Part shown: positions 10,686 through 21,718 of the stretch, piece by piece | How positions within the stretch are numbered: position 1 is the stretch's first letter | Layout: every line of letters starts with the position of its first letter | Source of the DNA: an uncultured Clostridia bacterium | GTDB taxonomy: Bacteria > Bacillota_I > Bacilli_A > RF39 > UBA660 | Direction of reading: 5' to 3' | NCBI GenBank assembly: GCA_948433435.1 | Contig: CAOJDX010000002.1 | Coordinates: 25,432-89,431 of the forward strand | Length of the DNA: 64,000 nucleotides | Made by a program: the position numbers and the translations under genes | The notes under the pieces: generated by a model | Told to the model about the DNA's origin: nothing | The model's input: only the letters and a program-made list of their open reading frames with translations | The model's database searches: none

Positions 10686-11528
10686 TTAGCTCTCACTTAA
10701 AAGTTGGTCTAGTCTCACTAAGTTATAGCCCCGTTGCTTAATATAATTAATAGACATTTCTAACTCCTCTGTTTTATTATTCATTCTAATAATAGAACCT
10801 CCTTTCAAACTGTTTTTTATGGTTTGATAAGGAGAATTTTTGGCATTGATGCTGGGAATAACAGTATGCAATTCTAACTTTTTACATAAATTTAGTACTT
10901 TACTTTTTTTATAGTCTTGATAGCAAAAATTCCCCTTTGAACCTCTTAATTCATCTAAAATAGAAATAGCATTTTTAAAATAAGTTTCTTGATAATTACC
11001 GTTATAACTAAAAACTTCGACTTCGTACCCTCCCTCTAACATATTTAAAACAAAACTTTTATTGTTTTCAATAAATAAGCCATCGATAAAAAAAGTTGCC
11101 TTTATATTATGATCAGATAAAACTGTAAGTAAATCAATAATGTCATCATCCCTGTTGACGACAAAAACTAAGGATATGTCCATTGAGTCCTCTCTTCCAT
11201 GATTTACGTATTTATCATAATAATCATTAATCGAAATAGCTGGTTTAGATTCACTAAAAGTATAAAGACTTTCGTTATATTGGCCATAATTAAACATTTT
11301 ATTAAAACTTTTAGAAACATTTACCTCTAATCCTACAACACCAGGAGTAATTGTATCGTCAATGATTTCTGCATTAACACTACTAACCTCGTATTTACTT
11401 TTTTCACTTTTGATTGTCTTCATAATGGGATTATTACTCTTGACGATATCAACAGCTAACTTTGTATAATAGAAACTAAAACATAAAAGAGTAACAGAAC
11501 AAATAACTTTACAAATTTTTTTGTACAT
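10686..11528 (-). CDS. Polysaccharide deacetylase-like (NodB fold) membrane-anchored protein
   Basis: It has an N-terminal transmembrane segment and a C-terminal region resembling NodB homology (KATFFIDG...). Confidence 0.4.
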   Translation of the reverse strand: MYKKICKVICSVTLLCFSFYYTKLAVDIVKSNNPIMKTIKSEKSKYEVSSVNAEIIDDTITPGVVGLEVNVSKSFNKMFNYGQYNESLYTFSESKPAISINDYYDKYVNHGREDSMDISLVFVVNRDDDIIDLLTVLSDHNIKATFFIDGLFIENNKSFVLNMLEGGYEVEVFSYNGNYQETYFKNAISILDELRGSKGNFCYQDYKKSKVLNLCKKLELHTVIPSINAKNSPYQTIKNSLKGGSIIRMNNKTEELEMSINYIKQRGYNLVRLDQLLSES

Positions 11529-11767
11529 TTATATCACCACTTAAATATATGATATTTATAAAATAAAAAAGAACATTAAAGGGAGCGGATAAGAGTAAAA
11601 GGTAAGTGTATATGAATTAAATAATAAAATCCCTTTAAATGTTCGTATCTAAATTATCATATTTTTTTGAATAAGAAAAAGAGCTCTTTTTGAAATTCCA
11701 TTAAAAAAACACCTCAAAAAAAGATGATTTTCTCAAGGTAATTTTACTTTTTACAAGGTGTTTATTC

Positions 11768-12283
11768 TTAGAAATGGTTAATTCTCTTATTACCATGTTT
11801 TTTGGATGAATGCTTGATCACAATAAACATGACTCCTCCATAAATAAGATTACTAATTAATGAATGACTTATTTTATAAAATAGTTTATCAAAAGTAATT
11901 GGTACTAAATGATTAATCAAGATCATAGAGGCAAATATTGATTCGTAAAGAACAATAATTAAAGTTAAACAAAGAATTGTATGAAAGATAGTAATTTCAA
12001 AATTTTTATATATAAAAGCAATTATATAGGCTAATAGTAAAAAAATAAGGGCATCATATAGGAATAGATTGGTATAAAATAGATCGTAAACAAACCCTAG
12101 AATAAAGCTATAAAGATAGTATTTCTTATTATTTTTCATAAAAAGTGGATAGATAATAAATAACGTACATACTGTAAACATAGTTGTATATATAGATAGG
12201 TTATTTACTAAATAGGGCATATAATTGGTAAAAAGTCCATCTAATATTAAAGATATTCCTGTAATTAAAATTACTAAGCCCAT
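11768..12283 (-). CDS. mreD: Rod shape-determining protein MreD
   Basis: It is a small polytopic membrane protein immediately downstream of mreC. Confidence 0.5.
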   Translation of the reverse strand: MGLVILITGISLILDGLFTNYMPYLVNNLSIYTTMFTVCTLFIIYPLFMKNNKKYYLYSFILGFVYDLFYTNLFLYDALIFLLLAYIIAFIYKNFEITIFHTILCLTLIIVLYESIFASMILINHLVPITFDKLFYKISHSLISNLIYGGVMFIVIKHSSKKHGNKRINHF

Positions 12284-13080
12284 TATTTTTTCTCCTTAAG
12301 AACTGTAACATAATGAATGTTATTAAAATCTTGGGTTGTTTTAACATAAAGAGTTTTACTTAGATTATATTTATCACTAACAATTTTAGAAACTGTTCCT
12401 ATATAAATTCCTCTGGGAAATAGACCTCCAAAGCCACTGGTTAAAACGACATCATCTATTTTAACATTACTATCTTTATCTACCCCTGTAACTTTTACAG
12501 TATTTGTTTTTTTATCATATCCATTTAAGATGGCATAGGTATCTTTTTCTGCTACAGAAATCGATACAGATACTTTATAGTTTAAATCATCTGAAGTAAT
12601 TAATTTTATTTCGCTAGAATTATAGGTTACCTTAGTCGTTTTCCCAACCAAACCATCTTTAGTTACAACAGCCATATCATTTTTAATCCCATCATGACTT
12701 CCTTTATCAATTGTAATGGTATTAAACCAGTATCCTTTATTTCGTGATAAGACAGTTGCATTTACTATATCGTATTCTGTAAATGTTTTATTTAACTTTA
12801 AGGCATCTTTCAATTCTTGAATTTCCTTTTCTAAAGAACTATTAACATTTTTTTGAATTAAATAACTATCTGATTGATCAATATTTTTTTGATGATTTAA
12901 TTCAGTAAAAGGATACATGATTATTTTTTGAATAGAAATAGCTATATCTTTGAACCCCTTTTCTAAAAAAGTCATATGTCGATATGATACAAAAGAATAA
13001 AATAAAACAAAAATGATAATGATTATACTACTAATCACTATGACCATTTTTTTCTTCTTTTCTTTTTTCTGGTTATACAT
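12283..13080 (-). CDS. mreC: Rod shape-determining protein MreC
   Basis: It has an N-terminal transmembrane segment, a coiled coil and a C-terminal beta domain (VTSGFGGLFPRGIYIGTV). Confidence 0.8.
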   Translation of the reverse strand: MYNQKKEKKKKMVIVISSIIIIIFVLFYSFVSYRHMTFLEKGFKDIAISIQKIIMYPFTELNHQKNIDQSDSYLIQKNVNSSLEKEIQELKDALKLNKTFTEYDIVNATVLSRNKGYWFNTITIDKGSHDGIKNDMAVVTKDGLVGKTTKVTYNSSEIKLITSDDLNYKVSVSISVAEKDTYAILNGYDKKTNTVKVTGVDKDSNVKIDDVVLTSGFGGLFPRGIYIGTVSKIVSDKYNLSKTLYVKTTQDFNNIHYVTVLKEKK

Positions 13081-13136
13081 ATAATCAACTCTTTCTACTA
13101 GCTCTTATTATAGTATATTTTTGTTTAAAGAACAAC

Positions 13137-13820
13137 TTAAAGATTAAAAACATTATTGTTCTCATAGAAGCTATAGTAACTATTATCTCCTACTATAATA
13201 TGATCAATTACAGGGATGCCACTTACCTTTCCTATTTCAATTAATGATTTAGTAAAAATGACATCTTCTCTACTAGGTTTAGTATCTCCAGATGGATGAT
13301 TATGTATACATACAATTGAGGAAGCACTACTAATATAGGCTTCTTTAAATACTTCACGTGGATGAACGATACTTCTATTAATTGTTCCCATAAATAATAA
13401 TTTCCTTTCAATTAATTCTTGCTTATGATTAAAATACAAACAATAAAATTGTTCTTGCATTTTACCAATAAACAAATATTTACTACTTTCGTAAATTTCT
13501 TTGGCATTCATTAATTTTTCTTTGTGTTTTAAGGTGTTATAATAAATTCTTTTACCAAGTTCAATAGCACATATAATTTCTGTTGCTTTCACTAAGCCAA
13601 TTCCTTTAATATCCATTATTTGATTAATGCTAATATTTTTTAATTGATGAATTCCTCCTACCTGATTTAACAGATATAATGCTAAATCCATAGAACTAAG
13701 TTCTCTTGTTCCTGTTTTAATTAAAATAGCTAGTAATTCTTGATTGGTTAAATTGGTAACCCCTACTCGCAAAAATCTTTCTCTTGGTCTTTCTTCCTTT
13801 ATAATATCTCTAACAAGCAT
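13137..13820 (-). CDS. radC: RadC-like JAB domain protein
   Basis: It has an N-terminal HhH region and a JAMM motif HNHPSGDTKPSREDVIFT. Confidence 0.85.
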   Translation of the reverse strand: MLVRDIIKEERPRERFLRVGVTNLTNQELLAILIKTGTRELSSMDLALYLLNQVGGIHQLKNISINQIMDIKGIGLVKATEIICAIELGKRIYYNTLKHKEKLMNAKEIYESSKYLFIGKMQEQFYCLYFNHKQELIERKLLFMGTINRSIVHPREVFKEAYISSASSIVCIHNHPSGDTKPSREDVIFTKSLIEIGKVSGIPVIDHIIVGDNSYYSFYENNNVFNL

Positions 13821-13868
13821 AACTATACCTCCAATATTATTATTAGAGCTAGAGAATTAAATTAAAGA

Positions 13869-14321
13869 TTATTTTTTTAAAACCATTTCTTCATAACTAG
13901 ATAAAATTACAGAATTAATAGACTCTATTTCATCATTCGTTGCTGCTTTGTTTAATAATAAATCGAACTGTTCTAAATTTGTTAAAAATTCCTTGTTACT
14001 CACTTCTTCTTCTGATAAATATAGATTAAATCCTAATTTGTTATATAAATAGCTTATTTTTTTTAGATTATCTTTATTTTTACTAATACCAACGTAAACA
14101 TAATAGTTTTTGTTTTTTTTAATTACCAATTTATTATTAATATCTCTAGTATCGCTTTCTAAACTTGTCTTATTGGAATAAACTCCTAATTGTAATAAAT
14201 ATACGGTATTATCTTTTCTTATATTTAGGGCATAAACATCACTGATCTTAGTATAAAGCACTTTTCCGGAAAAACATCCTAGAATAATTACGATAATTAG
14301 TACGACTAAATTCTTCTTCAT
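13869..14321 (-). CDS. SPOR-domain-like lipoprotein
   Basis: It has a signal peptide with an LGCFSG lipobox-like motif, and the YLLQLGVYSNK...YYVYVG pattern resembles a SPOR domain. Confidence 0.35.
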   Translation of the reverse strand: MKKNLVVLIIVIILGCFSGKVLYTKISDVYALNIRKDNTVYLLQLGVYSNKTSLESDTRDINNKLVIKKNKNYYVYVGISKNKDNLKKISYLYNKLGFNLYLSEEEVSNKEFLTNLEQFDLLLNKAATNDEIESINSVILSSYEEMVLKK

Positions 14322-14412
14322 AGCATCACCATATTTATACTAACAAGAAGCATTTGAGTATTTTGTCGAAAAAAATAAAGAATATTCTTTTTTTAATATT
14401 CTTTACACTTTT

Positions 14413-15528
14413 TTATATTTTTCTTTTATTTAATTCTTTAAAATAGTAGTTACCATCATCACTTTCTGTAAATGTATAATAAAACATTTGAAGAGATTTA
14501 TTCTCATTATTAGTTACTTTAACAACAATAGTTAAATCATCCCCTTCTTGATAGGCTTTATCTAATTTATTAGAGTATCCTTTACAGCTGTTCTCGCCAT
14601 AAAATGATTGATGAATATAGGCAGATAACTTACTATCATATAAATATCTTTCTGAATTGCCAATAGCAAAAGTTTTTGCTTTATAGGTCTCCTCACCAAA
14701 CATTTTATTTGCTTGGTCTTTTATAGAATCTTCACTAATTACGGAGGTAATTGCCATTTCATCGTTAAAATTATTATTGCCACTAGTTAAAATACCAGCT
14801 CCACAATACCATAGGGCAACTTGATCATTTCGGTGTAGTGCATTGGGATAATTACTGCAATTTTTTTGTTCTAATTCATTATACTTTAATTGTCTATAGG
14901 CTAAGTAGTTTCTATTTTCATCTGATAAATCAGTTACTTTAACATTCTGACTTTCTCCATAGAAAAAATTAATTTGATTATCACAACCATCCAAGTTTAC
15001 ATAGTTATATAACTCTTGAACAACTAGACTATTTGTATTTACTGTTCTTTTTCTTTGCCACTCTTTGACAGGATCTACTTCTACCTTAGGAGTAAAATAA
15101 TTTTGATAAGTCATATACCCAGCAATCCCTCCTAATAATATGATTATTAGAATATATAAAGTGTTGTTTTTATTAGATTTAGGAGATTTTTGTTTTTCTT
15201 TTTTTGATTTAGAATTTTCTAGCTGAGTGGGTTGATTAGCAATATTGGAGGAACTAGTGGGTGGATTAATGATACCAACTGGTGGAATTACTTGTTGCTC
15301 TATAGGGACTGAAGGAGTTTGATTGGTATTGACAACATGAGTCATATTAGGCATCGGAGCAACTGAGGTAGCTGAAACATTTGATGTATTGGTTAAATTT
15401 TGATTGATTTCTTTATTGGTATTGATCATAGAACTTTCCAATACTTGGCCATTTTCTGTTGTTTGAGCAGGAATAATTACCCCTGGTATATTGTAAGTTG
15501 TTTTTTGTTTCTCATCTTTATTATCCAT
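14413..15528 (-). CDS. Hypothetical membrane-anchored protein with N-terminal low-complexity region
   Basis: It has an N/T/S/P-rich N-terminus, one transmembrane segment and a Cys-containing extracytoplasmic domain. Confidence 0.4.
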   Translation of the reverse strand: MDNKDEKQKTTYNIPGVIIPAQTTENGQVLESSMINTNKEINQNLTNTSNVSATSVAPMPNMTHVVNTNQTPSVPIEQQVIPPVGIINPPTSSSNIANQPTQLENSKSKKEKQKSPKSNKNNTLYILIIILLGGIAGYMTYQNYFTPKVEVDPVKEWQRKRTVNTNSLVVQELYNYVNLDGCDNQINFFYGESQNVKVTDLSDENRNYLAYRQLKYNELEQKNCSNYPNALHRNDQVALWYCGAGILTSGNNNFNDEMAITSVISEDSIKDQANKMFGEETYKAKTFAIGNSERYLYDSKLSAYIHQSFYGENSCKGYSNKLDKAYQEGDDLTIVVKVTNNENKSLQMFYYTFTESDDGNYYFKELNKRKI

Positions 15529-15596
15529 ATTTATCCTCTCCTATTCTATTTTTATTTATTATACCACAAAAAAAGCAAATCAAAACAAGATTTACT

Positions 15597-18131
15597 TTAT
15601 TTTATTTTTTCCTTCAACATTTCTAACTTTTCAAGCTCTTCTTTTAACTTATTTCTATCTAAATCTACGATGTTTTTAGGAGCTTTCTTTACATAGTTTT
15701 CATTATTTAAAAGATGTTGTCTTCTAGAAATTGACTGTTCAAGTTCTTTTATTTCTTCTTTTAATGTTTCTATATCAATTTCAACCTCTTTTATAAAGTA
15801 GCTTATAGAAAGATTAGTCGATTTATAGTTAATCTCTGTATAATCAATCGGAGCCTTATCAATTAAGTATTCTTCTTTAATTTTTAATTGATTTTTAAAT
15901 AATTCAAGATATTTAGACTCGATTATAACCAAATCATCTTTTTTAATATTATTTGTTGCTTTTAAATTACGAATTTCTACAATATCATGTAAAATTCCAT
16001 CTACTAAATTCGTTTCTTCTAAAAAGACCATATCGACATCATATGTTGGATATTGACTAATCATGATAGATTCTTCTTTAATTGGTAGCATTTGATATAT
16101 TTCTTCGGTAACATAAGGCATAAATGGATGTAATAGTTTTAAAATATTAGTTAGAACTGTTAAAAGTACTTTTTTGGTAGTTAAGTTCATATTAGCTTTT
16201 GAAAGTTCAATATACCAATCACAAAATTCTTCCCAAATAAATTGATAAAGGTTATTTCCAACATGATGAAATTCATATTTATCCATATTATTTATTGTTT
16301 TTTTGATTACTTGCTCCATTTTAGTAAGAATCCATTTATCTTCAATTGATAAATCAGATAACACTAGTTCCTTTTCTTGTAGATCTTCGATATTGAGTAA
16401 AACAAAACGAGAAGCATTCCATAATTTATTAACGAAATTCCATGTGGATTTTACTTTTTCTTCATCATATCTTAAATCCATTCCAGGAGAAGAATTCGTA
16501 GTTAGAAAAAAGCGTAAACTGTCAGCTCCATATGTATCAATAACATCCATTGGGTCTACTCCGTTGCCAAGGCTTTTACTCATTTTTCTTCCTATCTTAT
16601 CTCGAATTAAACCATGAATAATGCAATCTTTAAAAGGTCTTTTATTGGTAAATTCTAATCCCTGGAAAGTCATTCTATTTACCCAAAACGGAATAATATC
16701 ATATCCTGTTACGAGAACATTATTAGGGTAAAATCTTTGTAATAGATCATTATCATTTGGCCAACCTAATGTGGAAAATGGCCATAGAGCAGAACTAAAC
16801 CAAGTGTCTAGAACGTCGGGATCTCGCTCCCAACCGTCACCAGTTGGTTCTTCTTCTCCAACATATACCTCTTCTCCACGGTACCAAGCGGGAATTTGAT
16901 GACCCCACCATAATTGACGAGAAATACACCAGTCATATGTAATTTCCATCCAATGGTTCATTACCTTTTCGTATCTTTCAGGTACGAAATGAACTTTGGT
17001 CTTTTCATTTTTTTGATTTTCTAATACCCGATCGGCAAGAGGTCGCATTTTAACAAACCATTGCTTGGATAGATAAGGTTCTATTACAGCATCACTTCTT
17101 TCAGAATGTCCTACTGTATGAGTCATTTCTTCAATTCTAATTAAAAGTTCCTTTTGTTGTAATTCCTCTAAAAGTTTTTTTCTACATTCATAACGATCCA
17201 TTCCAACATAGTGACAAGCATTTTCATTCATTGTAGCATTTGGATGCATGATTACTACTCTTGGAAGATTGTGTCTTACTCCAACTTCATAATCATTAGG
17301 GTCATGAGCGGGAGTTATTTTTACAACACCTGTTCCAAATTCAGGATCAGCATGAATATCACCAACAATAGGAATTTTTTTACCAACGATTGGAAGAATA
17401 ACATTTTTTCCAATTAAATGTTTATATCTTTTGTCAGTAGGATTAACAGCAACGGCGGTATCTCCAAATAATGTTTCTGGTCGAGTCGTTGCAATATCTA
17501 AAAATTCGTCACTATCTTCAAGGTAATATTTTAAGTGATAAAAGGCTCCCTTATCTTCTTTATAAATAACTTCCTCATTAGAAAGAGCAGTCATTTGTAC
17601 AGGATCCCAATTAATAATTCTTTCTCCGCGATAAATTAGTCCTTTTTTATATAGAGTAACAAAAACATGATTAACTGCTTTACTTAAGCCTTCATCTAAC
17701 GTAAATCTCTCCTTTGAATAATCGAGACTTAAACCTAGCTTAGCCCATTGGTTATGAATTGTTTCGGCATATTCTCCTTTCCAACTCCAAGCAGCCTTTA
17801 GCCATTCTTCCCGGCTCATATCACGAGGATTAATCCCCTTGTCTCTTAACCTTTTATCTACCTTGGCTTGTGTAGCAATTCCTGCATGATCCATCCCTGG
17901 AAGCCAAAGTGCATCATAGCCTTGCATTCTTTTATAACGAATGATAATATCTTGAATTGTTGTATCCCAAGCGTGTCCTAGGTGAAGTTTTCCTGTTACA
18001 TTTGGTGGTGGAATTACAATACAAAAAGGTTCTTTTGATTGATCAACATTTGCCTTAAAATATTCCTTTTCCTTCCAAATATTATATTTATTTTTTTCTA
18101 CTTCTATGTGATTATATTTTTTCTCTAACAT
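15597..18131 (-). CDS. valS: Valine--tRNA ligase
   Basis: It has the class I HIGH motif ([14 protein letters not shown]) and KMSKS, plus an editing domain and a C-terminal coiled coil. Confidence 0.95.
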   Translation of the reverse strand: MLEKKYNHIEVEKNKYNIWKEKEYFKANVDQSKEPFCIVIPPPNVTGKLHLGHAWDTTIQDIIIRYKRMQGYDALWLPGMDHAGIATQAKVDKRLRDKGINPRDMSREEWLKAAWSWKGEYAETIHNQWAKLGLSLDYSKERFTLDEGLSKAVNHVFVTLYKKGLIYRGERIINWDPVQMTALSNEEVIYKEDKGAFYHLKYYLEDSDEFLDIATTRPETLFGDTAVAVNPTDKRYKHLIGKNVILPIVGKKIPIVGDIHADPEFGTGVVKITPAHDPNDYEVGVRHNLPRVVIMHPNATMNENACHYVGMDRYECRKKLLEELQQKELLIRIEEMTHTVGHSERSDAVIEPYLSKQWFVKMRPLADRVLENQKNEKTKVHFVPERYEKVMNHWMEITYDWCISRQLWWGHQIPAWYRGEEVYVGEEEPTGDGWERDPDVLDTWFSSALWPFSTLGWPNDNDLLQRFYPNNVLVTGYDIIPFWVNRMTFQGLEFTNKRPFKDCIIHGLIRDKIGRKMSKSLGNGVDPMDVIDTYGADSLRFFLTTNSSPGMDLRYDEEKVKSTWNFVNKLWNASRFVLLNIEDLQEKELVLSDLSIEDKWILTKMEQVIKKTINNMDKYEFHHVGNNLYQFIWEEFCDWYIELSKANMNLTTKKVLLTVLTNILKLLHPFMPYVTEEIYQMLPIKEESIMISQYPTYDVDMVFLEETNLVDGILHDIVEIRNLKATNNIKKDDLVIIESKYLELFKNQLKIKEEYLIDKAPIDYTEINYKSTNLSISYFIKEVEIDIETLKEEIKELEQSISRRQHLLNNENYVKKAPKNIVDLDRNKLKEELEKLEMLKEKIK

Positions 18132-18630
18132 ACTTTTTTTCCTTTACCTTTTGTTTAAAATGATTCAAACTATGTACTAAGTGTGCATTATAAATCTTAT
18201 CATTAAGTATAGCTATCGCCTCATCTAAAGGCATTATTTTAGGCTCAAACTTTTCCCCTAACCTTTTTATAGGAGCTATTGTTTTTTGCCACTCATTCTC
18301 CAAATTAATTGCACAGCAATAATAATCACGAATCACTTTTAAATATACTTTTTTTAATTTATTATTTTTTCTTTCTAATTCTAAATAATAATTGATTACT
18401 TGTAAAAATTGTTCCACTTGATCTTCCAAAGCAGAAATACCTGTTATTTGGCAAACTTGATGGAAAAATTCATTATCCGATTTTGTTTCAATTGTAGGTA
18501 AATGGAGTTCACCCTGTCTTTGATATATTAATATTTCATTATTTCCATTGTAAAAAAGCATATTCTTTTTTACTTTAGATCTGGTAGCTAAATTTTGGTA
18601 TTCTTTACCAGATAAAATTATTGTTTCCAT
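18112..18630 (-). CDS. Hypothetical protein between the T-box leader and valS
   Basis: It is a 172-aa ORF with AAGGAG 8 nt upstream of its ATG, and it overlaps the valS start by 20 nt. Confidence 0.5.
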   Translation of the reverse strand: METIILSGKEYQNLATRSKVKKNMLFYNGNNEILIYQRQGELHLPTIETKSDNEFFHQVCQITGISALEDQVEQFLQVINYYLELERKNNKLKKVYLKVIRDYYCCAINLENEWQKTIAPIKRLGEKFEPKIMPLDEAIAILNDKIYNAHLVHSLNHFKQKVKEKKYVREKI

Positions 18631-18654
18631 ACATTTCTCCTTCTTTTCTTCAAA

Positions 18655-18885
18655 AGTAAAAAACTATCCATCCTATAAGGACGAATAGTTTCGTGGTACC
18701 ACCTTAATTAATAGATTAGAAAATCTACCTCAAGTTTGATAACGGAATTCTCCGGATATATATCGGCTCCGTTGCAACATTCAATATTTATTTATAACTA
18801 TTTTCACCAATCATAGTCTCTCTTTAATAAATCAAATATTTACTCCTCAACTTCATCGCTTGTGTTCTTATTATAAAATATTACT
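18655..18885 (-). ncRNA. T-box riboswitch leader (Val specifier GUU)
   Basis: The minus strand carries an AGAGAG bulge, a distal loop, aGUUA in the specifier position, the F-box CCGUUA, the T-box AATTAAGGTGGTACCACG and a terminator hairpin (aaactattcgtcc...ggatggatagttt) followed by a T-run. Confidence 0.7.
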
Positions 18886-18989
18886 ATTTTTTTTTCAATA
18901 TATTTTTGTGATAAATTTATTTTATTTAAAAAGGAATATTTTTTATTGTTCTTTCGATAAGTAAGACAAATACCTTAATATTTTATAAC

Positions 18990-19853
18990 CTACTTTTCGT
19001 TTTCTGTAGGATTAATATGAATATTAATATATTTGGCACGAGAATCGTACTTCTTTAATTCTTCTTCAATTTTTTCTATAATATCATGAGCTTTTTTTAG
19101 AGAAAGTGTTCCAGCCATACTAACTTCCCCAGTTATTTGAAAATATGGTCCATTTTTCATTACTACTAATTTATCAATTTTGTCAATTTGTTTTTCCCTT
19201 GCAATAATTTTAGACATTTCCTCAAATATAAGATCTTCTTGTTCTCCTAATATAGAACTGATATTTTCCTTTATAATTGAAACACCTGTTTTTATAATTA
19301 GGAGTCCTACGATAATCGTTGCAACTAAATTAGAGTATTTCAAAAAATGGTAAGTTTCAGAAAATTGCATCAAAATGCAAGATAGCAATACAAATATAGA
19401 ACTAATAACATCAGCACTACTTTCTTTCCCACTAGCAACTAGAATAGTGTTATTGTGTTTCTTACCAGTTCTTAATAAATATGTAGAAAGAAGAAACTTA
19501 ACCACTATAGTAAAGATACTAACTAAGATGACAATTTTACTGGGAATCACTACTTCTTCTTTAAAAGAAGCTATTATAATTTCAAAACCTAATAACAAAA
19601 CTACTACTCCAATAATTAGACATGTTAAATATTCCATCTTTCCATGACCAAAAGGATGTTCTTTGTCAGCAGGTTTTAACGAGTAGTGATTTCCAAAAAT
19701 GGAAACAGCATCAGTTGCTAAATCACTAAAGGAATGTATGCCATCTGCTATTAAAGCACTCGATTTTCCAAAAAGACCTGTTACTACTTTTATAATAGAT
19801 AAAAATAAGTTAGCTAAAAAGCTTTTTAACAATGCTTTTGTTGTAATACACAT
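18990..19853 (-). CDS. Cation diffusion facilitator (CDF) family transporter
   Basis: It has six transmembrane segments with ADGIHSFSD, the HPFGHGK motif and a C-terminal cytoplasmic domain. Confidence 0.85.
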   Translation of the reverse strand: MCITTKALLKSFLANLFLSIIKVVTGLFGKSSALIADGIHSFSDLATDAVSIFGNHYSLKPADKEHPFGHGKMEYLTCLIIGVVVLLLGFEIIIASFKEEVVIPSKIVILVSIFTIVVKFLLSTYLLRTGKKHNNTILVASGKESSADVISSIFVLLSCILMQFSETYHFLKYSNLVATIIVGLLIIKTGVSIIKENISSILGEQEDLIFEEMSKIIAREKQIDKIDKLVVMKNGPYFQITGEVSMAGTLSLKKAHDIIEKIEEELKKYDSRAKYINIHINPTENEK

Positions 19854-19988
19854 AAAATCAACCTTTCATTTTATTATATGAAAAAGAAGTACCAATTTTA
19901 CTAATACATACTTTTTCTATTATACCTAATAAAATTTATTTTTCAATAATGACTATATTTATGCTAAAATGTCTAAAGAGGTGAAAAT

Positions 19989-20552
19989 ATGAATGAGCAA
20001 GATAACTCAATCTTTAAAAATATAGAAAATATCCATAATTTTAATCTCGAAAGAGATGATTATTTAGGTTTTATTATTGATTCGGATACTACCTTTCTGC
20101 TTCCTCAAAATAACCATGGGGAGGGGTACATTCATCATAATGATTCACTAAATCTTACACTTACTAAATTATATAAAAAAGAAAGAGATCAGTATTTTAA
20201 CGAATTTAAAACTAAAATTCAACAACTAATTCCTGATAATATTTGTTTTTTAGATAGTCCTGAGCTTCTATATTCTTTTTTTCTGACTAGTCTTTCCAAA
20301 ATTGTCTTTTTAAATTCTAGTTTAGGTTTATTTACATCAGGTCTTCTTTTTATACCAGAACAAAAGAAAAATTTATCAATCTATCAACAAGAAAATTTAG
20401 AACTTCTTTTGAATATGATTCCTAAAAATAATGAGGATTATGAAATTGTTACAATGACTTCTATTAAGGAGTTAAACAAAGATATATGTCAGTATTATGA
20501 ATATACTATTTTAGAATATCAAAACCTAGAAAAAAATGCTAAAGTTATATAA
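19989..20552 (+). CDS. Hypothetical protein
   Basis: It is a 187-aa ORF with GAGGTG upstream. Confidence 0.4.
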   Translation: MNEQDNSIFKNIENIHNFNLERDDYLGFIIDSDTTFLLPQNNHGEGYIHHNDSLNLTLTKLYKKERDQYFNEFKTKIQQLIPDNICFLDSPELLYSFFLTSLSKIVFLNSSLGLFTSGLLFIPEQKKNLSIYQQENLELLLNMIPKNNEDYEIVTMTSIKELNKDICQYYEYTILEYQNLEKNAKVI

Positions 20553-20556
20553 AGTA

Positions 20557-21024
20557 TTATTTTCTTTTAAAGCCAGAAAAATCCACTATCTCGGTTTTTC
20601 TTTTTTTGTAACAATATTTTGGAAAGATGTCACATATTTTTATAATCTGTTCAGGAGTATAGCTATTCAAATAATGTCCTAATGATAGACGATGAATAGA
20701 GTTTACCCTACTTACCTTCAATACCTCTGGAGATAAAGATAATTCCTCTTTAGAAAGTAATTCTCTTACTCTATTAGGAAAGGCAAGACCTTCAAATACT
20801 AAATATTCAGGTAAATGATATTTTTGTAATTCACTCTTTATCTCTTCTTCTATTTTACTTAACTTTGCCTCTAAAATTTCATTTTTTTGATCACAATAAG
20901 TAGTTAATTTTTGTTTTTGTTGATATAAATGAAAAATATCTAAATATAATGCTTCCAAAAAGCTTCTTTCTTCATATAAATCAAAAATATCTTTGATATG
21001 AACAGCATAATAATTTTTATTCAT
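20557..21024 (-). CDS. Hypothetical protein
   Basis: This ORF lies downstream of the pentapeptide-repeat gene and is probably co-transcribed with it. The start was chosen at MNKNYY. Confidence 0.35.
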   Translation of the reverse strand: MNKNYYAVHIKDIFDLYEERSFLEALYLDIFHLYQQKQKLTTYCDQKNEILEAKLSKIEEEIKSELQKYHLPEYLVFEGLAFPNRVRELLSKEELSLSPEVLKVSRVNSIHRLSLGHYLNSYTPEQIIKICDIFPKYCYKKRKTEIVDFSGFKRK

Positions 21025-21025
21025 C

Positions 21026-21607
21026 TTAAACCACCTTAATCCCCAATGCCTTAACAATCGACAGTACTTGTTCTGTAGAACAACTGGCTCCTACTAAATC
21101 TTCTAATTTCATTCTAGCGTCCAAAAGACTGCAAGTACTTAAGTTGATATTTTTTAAGGACGTTTGAACATTTTCAAACCTTTTCATGCTGCAAGAGATT
21201 ATTTCTGTTTTCGTAAATTGACATTTATAAAACTTGACATCATCTAGCTTACAACATTTTATAAGGGTATCTTTTATATTACAATTGGCAATACTAGAAA
21301 AGTCCAAATTACAATCAAGAAAATTACTATTCTTTATAACAGATAATTCGTTTGTTGTTAAACCATTTAATTTACAATTGATAAAATCTGTATTTAAAAT
21401 ACTATCTATATTAAGATTAATAAATATACAATTCTTAAATTCACTATTACTAATAATAAGTTCTGACAATGAACAATCAATAAACTGAACATTGGTAAAA
21501 GAACAATGGTCTATATTGATATTAGATAGTTGATTATTAGTAAGCACAATATCCTTTATTTCTAAATTTTTAATATCTTCATCTTCTTGAAAAAACATAA
21601 TTACCAA
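21026..21607 (-). CDS. Pentapeptide-repeat protein
   Basis: It carries repeated A(D/N)LxX-like quintets (CNLDFSSIANCNIKDTLIKCCKLDDVKFYKCQF). Confidence 0.55.
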   Translation of the reverse strand: MVIMFFQEDEDIKNLEIKDIVLTNNQLSNINIDHCSFTNVQFIDCSLSELIISNSEFKNCIFINLNIDSILNTDFINCKLNGLTTNELSVIKNSNFLDCNLDFSSIANCNIKDTLIKCCKLDDVKFYKCQFTKTEIISCSMKRFENVQTSLKNINLSTCSLLDARMKLEDLVGASCSTEQVLSIVKALGIKVV

Positions 21608-21718
21608 CCTTCATATTTTTTTATTTCTTCTTCATTATATATGATAATGATTTTTTTTCATAGTATTTGCTTAACTTTTTTATTATTTCTTGATAAAATT
21701 TTTATGGGAGGATAAAAA

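Noticed and set aside
16303-17417. Plus-strand ORFs inside valS (16303..16617, 17211..17417)
   Set aside because: They are antisense to a conserved essential gene and are spurious.
19375-19881. Plus-strand ORFs inside the CDF transporter gene
   Set aside because: They are antisense and spurious.
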